The notes under the pieces were generated by a model. That model was not told where the DNA came from and ran no database searches. It saw only the letters and a list, made by a program, of their open reading frames with translations. From Promethearchaeota archaeon (GTDB taxonomy: Archaea; Asgardarchaeota; Thorarchaeia; Thorarchaeales; Thorarchaeaceae), in NCBI GenBank assembly GCA_048939765.1, contig JBHLPF010000066.1, positions 1 to 12,120 on the forward strand: a stretch of 12,120 nt of DNA, given 5' to 3'. A program made the translations under genes and the position numbers. Positions within the stretch are counted from its first letter, which is position 1; each line of letters starts with the position of its first letter. This document shows positions 8,198 through 12,120 of the stretch, piece after piece.

Positions 8198-8743
8198 CTA
8201 ATATCTCTGTCTCCTTCGACGACGATAGTCCCTTCTGTTTCTGGACGAATAGCCTCTATAGCCTCCACCACCATATCTACCACGGTCGGACCCATAAGAC
8301 CGACCGGAGTATCCTTGATAGTAGTGACGTCGTGGTCTACCATGATCAGCTTCGGACAGGTCATTGTCCATTTTGACGTCAGTGATCTCTTCCTCTCTCT
8401 CACTGATTTCACTATCTCGACTAATTTTCAGTCTGAGATTTCCTCGAAAGAGACCAGTATGTGCATTCTTCAGGACGTAGGTCTTGCCAGCCTCGAGTGC
8501 TTCTATCATGTCATTCCATAACGGAAGTGTCACAATTCCAGTTTCGTCCCCCACAATTGCGCTGGATACTCTGTTAATGCTCCCATCACGTCTGGATGTT
8601 ACTTCACGAACGTCGCCCTTTTCCAATACTTTAAAGCTGATGTCAATATTGCTCATTCTAGTTTCCAGGTTGGCGACTTTCACTTCATTACTTGCTTCGG
8701 GTTTCTCTTCAGAAGATTCAATTTCAGAATTCATTAGCATCAC
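8198..8743 (-). CDS. ssb: Single-OB-fold single-stranded nucleic-acid-binding protein (crenarchaeal SSB/RPA-like) with R/G/Y-rich tail
   Basis: KVANL, VGDETG...LPLW, LKNAHTGLFRG OB-fold pattern as in Sulfolobus SSB; start may be 8743, 8740 or 8734. Confidence 0.9.
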   Translation of the reverse strand: MMLMNSEIESSEEKPEASNEVKVANLETRMSNIDISFKVLEKGDVREVTSRRDGSINRVSSAIVGDETGIVTLPLWNDMIEALEAGKTYVLKNAHTGLFRGNLRLKISRDSEISEREEEITDVKMDNDLSEADHGRPRRHYYQGYSGRSYGSDRGRYGGGGYRGYSSRNRRDYRRRRRQRY

Positions 8744-8861
8744 AATGGTTGAACAAAGTGGCTTTTGTAGGAATTATCAACTTGGTGTGTTCTCCACTAC
8801 TAATTCGCATAGAAAATACCATTCTTTGATTCAACACTTAATGGAACAGTATAGTGGAGGA

Positions 8862-8869
8862 TATATAAA
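8862..8869 (-). promoter_or_regulatory. TATA box for the ssb/GTPase unit
   Basis: TTTATATA on the minus strand about 120 nt upstream of ssb. Confidence 0.5.
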
Positions 8870-8933
8870 TCTCAGGATAGTCCTTTAAAAGGGGAAAAGG
8901 GTCATATAAAATTCTATTTTCCCTCTTCAGGCC

Positions 8934-8981
8934 TTATAAAGGGCAAAGAGTTTTAAGCAGTCGCGGGACTCTTCGTGTAAT
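8934..8981 (+). promoter_or_regulatory. Promoter for the sORF-B/KamA unit
   Basis: TTATAAAGGGCAAAGAG followed by TTTTAAGC at 8951-8958 and GTAAT 26 nt downstream; resembles the 5700-5750 promoter. Confidence 0.6.
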
Positions 8982-9144
8982 AGCTGAAGAAAAGTAGGAA
9001 TAACCTTTGGCAGGTTAGGCAAAACCGCCTAGTGTGAATTTCCTATAATATGGAAACGCATGGAACTTGCAGAATCGATAGAACGAACCGGTCCTGATTG
9101 ATTAAGTGATGTCGATTATTCCTGCAGAAGAGATGAAAAGATAA

Positions 9145-9315
9145 ATGAGAGTAAATAAACAAGAGGAAGAGGACACTCCAATCGTAGATGATAGGAAGAG
9201 GTTAGCAGCCAGGATCCCAATCAGTGAATGGGATGATATCGAACGGAGAATGGCAATTATCTCAAGAATGTCCACAGAGCCTGCCAGAGAGAGTAGTCAG
9301 GGCGTGGGTTCTTGA
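9145..9315 (+). CDS. Unannotated small protein B (56 aa): MRVNKQEEEDTPIVDDRKRLAARIPISEWDDIERRMAIISRMSTEPARESSQGVGS
   Basis: Hand-translated; TGA overlaps the TTG start of the KamA-family gene (TTGA, 9312-9315); paralog of sORF-A. Confidence 0.85.
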   Translation: MRVNKQEEEDTPIVDDRKRLAARIPISEWDDIERRMAIISRMSTEPARESSQGVGS

Positions 9316-10415
9316 GCCACGCTCTAGACGGGGATGAATTAATCACCTCCGTCGATGAGATTGGAGAGATTCTGGATCTTACTGAGCCCGAAGAAAGAAT
9401 TCTCGATCGTTTGATTGAGATGCATCCAATTCGTGTTCCTGAGTATTATTTCTCCTTAATAGATGAACAAGACCCAGAGGATCCAATAAGGAAAATGGCA
9501 CTTCCTAGTAGTACCGAATCAATTGCAGAGGGTTCATACGACACTAGCGGAGAACTTTCCAACACGATTCTACCTGGCTTGCAGCATAAATACAAACAGA
9601 CTGCTTTGATTCTTGCCACCGCCGAGTGTGCAATGTACTGCCGACATTGTTTCAGAAAGAGACTTGTCGGACTGCCAAGTCAAGAGATTCTAAGAGATGT
9701 GGATGCAGCTGTGGAGTACATCAGGAACCATAAAGAGATCAATAATGTACTCATCACTGGCGGGGATCCTTTCACTCTAAGCACTTCCCGGATAGGCAAT
9801 CTACTTGACGTGCTTTCAACAGTCGCTCATTTAGACTTCATTAGGTTTGGTTCGCGCATCCCTGTAACGTATCCTATGCGTATTCTGCATGATAATGAAC
9901 TATTAGAAGTCTTGAGAAACTACTCGAAGGCGTTTAGAAGATTATTTCTAGTGACACAATTCAATCATCCAAGGGAAATAACTGAAGAATCTATGGCTGC
10001 AGTTGATCGGTTGATGTCAGCTGGTGTGATTGTAAATAACCAGACAGTCCTCCTGAAGGGAGTGAACGACGACCCAGATGTATTGGCTGCTCTTCAGAAC
10101 AGACTTGTTGGTATTGGGGTGAACCCATACTACATGTTTCAGTGCCGCCCTGTTGCTAGAGTGAAGAAGACCTTTCAAGTTTCCCTCTTCGATGGATATC
10201 AGATTGTTGAGGGAGCAAAGAAACTCCTCAATGGTCACAGTAAACGATTCAGATATATAATGTCCCACCACACTGGCAAAATCGAGATTCTTGGGATACT
10301 TGACGGAAAATTCCTCTTCAAGTATCATCAGGCAAAGAATTCCAGTGATCAGGGTAGAATCTTCACAAGAAAACTGGATAGAACTGCTACATGGCTGGAC
10401 GACTTGAAAGCGTAG
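9312..10415 (+). CDS. KamA family radical SAM aminomutase-like protein
   Basis: GLQHKY, CAMYCRHCFRKR (CxxxCxxC), ITGGDP, FNHPRE, NQTVLLKGVND, PYY, TGK (PLP lysine position). Confidence 0.92.
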   Translation: MSHALDGDELITSVDEIGEILDLTEPEERILDRLIEMHPIRVPEYYFSLIDEQDPEDPIRKMALPSSTESIAEGSYDTSGELSNTILPGLQHKYKQTALILATAECAMYCRHCFRKRLVGLPSQEILRDVDAAVEYIRNHKEINNVLITGGDPFTLSTSRIGNLLDVLSTVAHLDFIRFGSRIPVTYPMRILHDNELLEVLRNYSKAFRRLFLVTQFNHPREITEESMAAVDRLMSAGVIVNNQTVLLKGVNDDPDVLAALQNRLVGIGVNPYYMFQCRPVARVKKTFQVSLFDGYQIVEGAKKLLNGHSKRFRYIMSHHTGKIEILGILDGKFLFKYHQAKNSSDQGRIFTRKLDRTATWLDDLKA

Positions 10416-10449
10416 TCTAATCCCCCCTAGATTCTAATCTCCATGATAT

Positions 10450-11385
10450 TCATGACCAGTATGGTTTTCGGATATACTTGTAGGCATTATGAGCGGCTAG
10501 CGCTCCTTGTGCTGCAGCGACAGAGGCTAACTGGTATACTGATATGATATCTCCGGCAGCAAAAATGCCTTCTACACTTGTTCTCATTTCATGATCAACG
10601 ATAACATAGCGGCCATTCATTTTCAGACCTAAGTGTTCAAACACTTCTGTGTTCGGGACTAGACCAACAGCGATTATTACGCGATCTATGGCCATATCAA
10701 ACTTCTTTCCAGTTTGATTATTGAGAAGAGTGACTTCTTCAACTTCCGAGTCACCTCTAATCTCCTGAAGTTCAGTGTTATAGAGAACCTCAGCCATCTT
10801 TTCAGTCAGAATTTTATCAACTGTTGTTTCCGCCGCTCTAAACTCATCTTTTCTGTGTGCAATCCAAATCTCATCAGTCACTTTGTGCGCATCTACAACA
10901 GCATCTAGTGCTGTATCACCACCACCTATGATTAACACCCTCTTATCACGGAAGAGCTCAGGATTGGACAAATATGGAAACACGCCGCGACCTTTCCTAG
11001 AGAATTCAATCTCGCCAGGGATTCCCAATATATTTGGACGCATACCTGTTGCGATAATCACGACTTTCGATTTGTATTCATGGTCCGTAGTGGCGATATT
11101 TCGATTCGTGGAGATTCTGGTAACGCGTTCTTTGACAAGATGGACCCCTAAGTCTGCAGCTTGACGAACCCATTCGGCAACCAGATGCGTGGCTAGTACA
11201 CTTGGAGCGCCGGGGTAGTTAAACACATGCTTGTATGGGTAGATTGTGGACATAAGACCGCCCCAAGTGCCACCTTCGAAAACAATTGTCTTGAGACCCT
11301 TGTATGCAGCTATGATTCCTGCAGACAGTCCTGCGGGACCTCCTCCAACAATAGAAACATCATATTCTACTTTTGAATCTGCCAG
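10450..11385 (-). CDS. TrxR-type FAD/NADPH oxidoreductase lacking CxxC (YumC-like ferredoxin/flavodoxin-NADP+ reductase), 311 aa
   Basis: The frame extends upstream of ATG 11253 through YDVSIVGGGPAG; IATG, GGGDTA, HRK, FAAGD; GVFPYL replaces CxxC; probable CTG start at 11385 with GGTGA 8 nt upstream. Confidence 0.88.
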   Translation of the reverse strand: MADSKVEYDVSIVGGGPAGLSAGIIAAYKGLKTIVFEGGTWGGLMSTIYPYKHVFNYPGAPSVLATHLVAEWVRQAADLGVHLVKERVTRISTNRNIATTDHEYKSKVVIIATGMRPNILGIPGEIEFSRKGRGVFPYLSNPELFRDKRVLIIGGGDTALDAVVDAHKVTDEIWIAHRKDEFRAAETTVDKILTEKMAEVLYNTELQEIRGDSEVEEVTLLNNQTGKKFDMAIDRVIIAVGLVPNTEVFEHLGLKMNGRYVIVDHEMRTSVEGIFAAGDIISVYQLASVAAAQGALAAHNAYKYIRKPYWS

Positions 11386-11388
11386 GTT

Positions 11389-12120
11389 TCATTTCACCTT
11401 CTCTGCAAATTCCACTCCGAATTGATAGGCTTGGTTGAGTTCTTCTTCTGTGGGCACCCATTTCACAGTGAACGGTTCCATCACAATATCCATCTTCCCT
11501 TTTTCCATTGACTCTTGGATTCTCTTCACAGCACCTCCACCCCATCCAAAGGAACCAAATGCCGCTGCTTTCTTCCCTCTGGGTTTCAGAACCTCAAAAT
11601 CTGAGAGTATTGGTGCCACAGTGGGCAGAATATCATTGTGAAGGGTAGGGCTTCCTACGATTATTCCTCTTGCCTCTAGAAGCTCTGCCATTATATCGCT
11701 TCGATCGCTATGCGGTATGAGTTTCAGCAGGGGGGTTAGTCCCTGACTACTAATTCCTTCTGCAATTGCACGTGCTAGTTTTGTTGTGCTTTGCCACATT
11801 GTGTCCCAAGCAATTACTACTTTGTCTTGTAATCGCTCTCCTTTGGCCCACTCCAAGTATCTTGTGGCAATCTGCAATGGATCCTTTCGCCAGATTAGTC
11901 CATGGGAAGGAGCGATGATTTTGATTGGCAGACCTAGCTCAATCACTTCTTCGATCTTCCGTTGTACCATTCGACTCAGTGGCCATAGGATGTTTGCATA
12001 GTATTTCTCAGCCTCTTTCCAAAGAGTATACTGGTCGACCTCATCAGCAAATCGCCTGTCAGTGGCATAGTGCTGCCCGAAGGCATCGTTCGGCAGGAGC
12101 ACTTCCTCTTCTACATAGTA
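11389..12120 (-). CDS. fprA: Flavodiiron protein (FprA/A-type flavoprotein), 5'-truncated by the window edge
   Basis: NDAFGQH, YYANIL, IAPSHG metallo-beta-lactamase diiron motifs, then flavodoxin domain (DTMWQST, GSPT, FGSFGWGGG); frame open to 12120. Confidence 0.93.
   Translation of the reverse strand, partial: YYVEEEVLLPNDAFGQHYATDRRFADEVDQYTLWKEAEKYYANILWPLSRMVQRKIEEVIELGLPIKIIAPSHGLIWRKDPLQIATRYLEWAKGERLQDKVVIAWDTMWQSTTKLARAIAEGISSQGLTPLLKLIPHSDRSDIMAELLEARGIIVGSPTLHNDILPTVAPILSDFEVLKPRGKKAAAFGSFGWGGGAVKRIQESMEKGKMDIVMEPFTVKWVPTEEELNQAYQFGVEFAEKVK

Noticed and set aside
8104-8412. N-terminal extension of the 267-aa ORF 7609..8412
   Set aside because: Overlaps the ssb 3' end in another frame on the same strand and runs through the intergenic hairpin; the GTPase fold begins at about 8103
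9050-9101. Short uORFs METHGTCRIDRTNRS and MELAESIERTGPD in leader B
   Set aside because: No RBS or conservation evidence; such lengths are expected by chance
9118-9140. ATTCCTGCAG…AGATGA resembling the 3' end of a SAM-I riboswitch
   Set aside because: The 5' ATC-AGA, GAGGGA and GCAACC core elements are absent
9145-10415. Small protein B as a RiPP precursor for the radical SAM enzyme
   Set aside because: The KamA family are PLP-dependent aminomutases; no SPASM/RRE domain, peptidase or transporter is visible, and paralog A precedes non-biosynthetic genes. Not excluded, but unsupported
11389-11391. TGA as selenocysteine joining FprA and the reductase
   Set aside because: It falls at the normal FprA C-terminus, not at a Cys-equivalent position; no SECIS identified; a CTG start with SD explains the data
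55-12001. Antisense and alternate-frame ORFs in the track (e.g. 55-306, 1036-1326, 4372-4836, 7181-7576, 8045-8521, 8484-8888, 10017-10328)
   Set aside because: Shadows of well-supported genes with no motifs or independent initiation signals
1-12120. CRISPR array, IS element or integrase
   Set aside because: No regularly spaced repeats, transposase or catalytic recombinase motifs seen

Overview
Archaeal chromosomal window. A full-length TFB, a crenarchaeal-type single-OB SSB and a small Ras/Arf-like GTPase together suggest Asgard archaea, possibly Thorarchaeia (inference). It opens with the 3' end of a tRNA, followed by a block of enzyme genes: alpha/beta hydrolase, DinB, SIS-domain protein, SDR, a small hypothetical, a Cys-rich DUF6144/V4R-like protein and a nitroreductase. 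The central 5.6-10.4 kb is the most interesting part. Two small ORFs missing from the ORF track (53 aa at 5883-6044; 56 aa at 9145-9315) share a 23-aa core, LxARxPIxEWxDIERRMAIxxRM, with 17/23 identity and mostly synonymous divergence. Each lies behind a related promoter and a long structured 5' leader, and each is translationally coupled to a different downstream unit (hypothetical + TFB; KamA-family radical SAM). Between them lie an SSB with an R/G/Y-rich tail and a GTPase with a degenerate G3 motif. A decayed tRNA 3' fragment marks the left edge of this module. The window ends with a flavodiiron protein (FprA, 5'-truncated) and an in-frame TrxR-type ferredoxin/flavodoxin-NADP reductase that appears to start at CTG.
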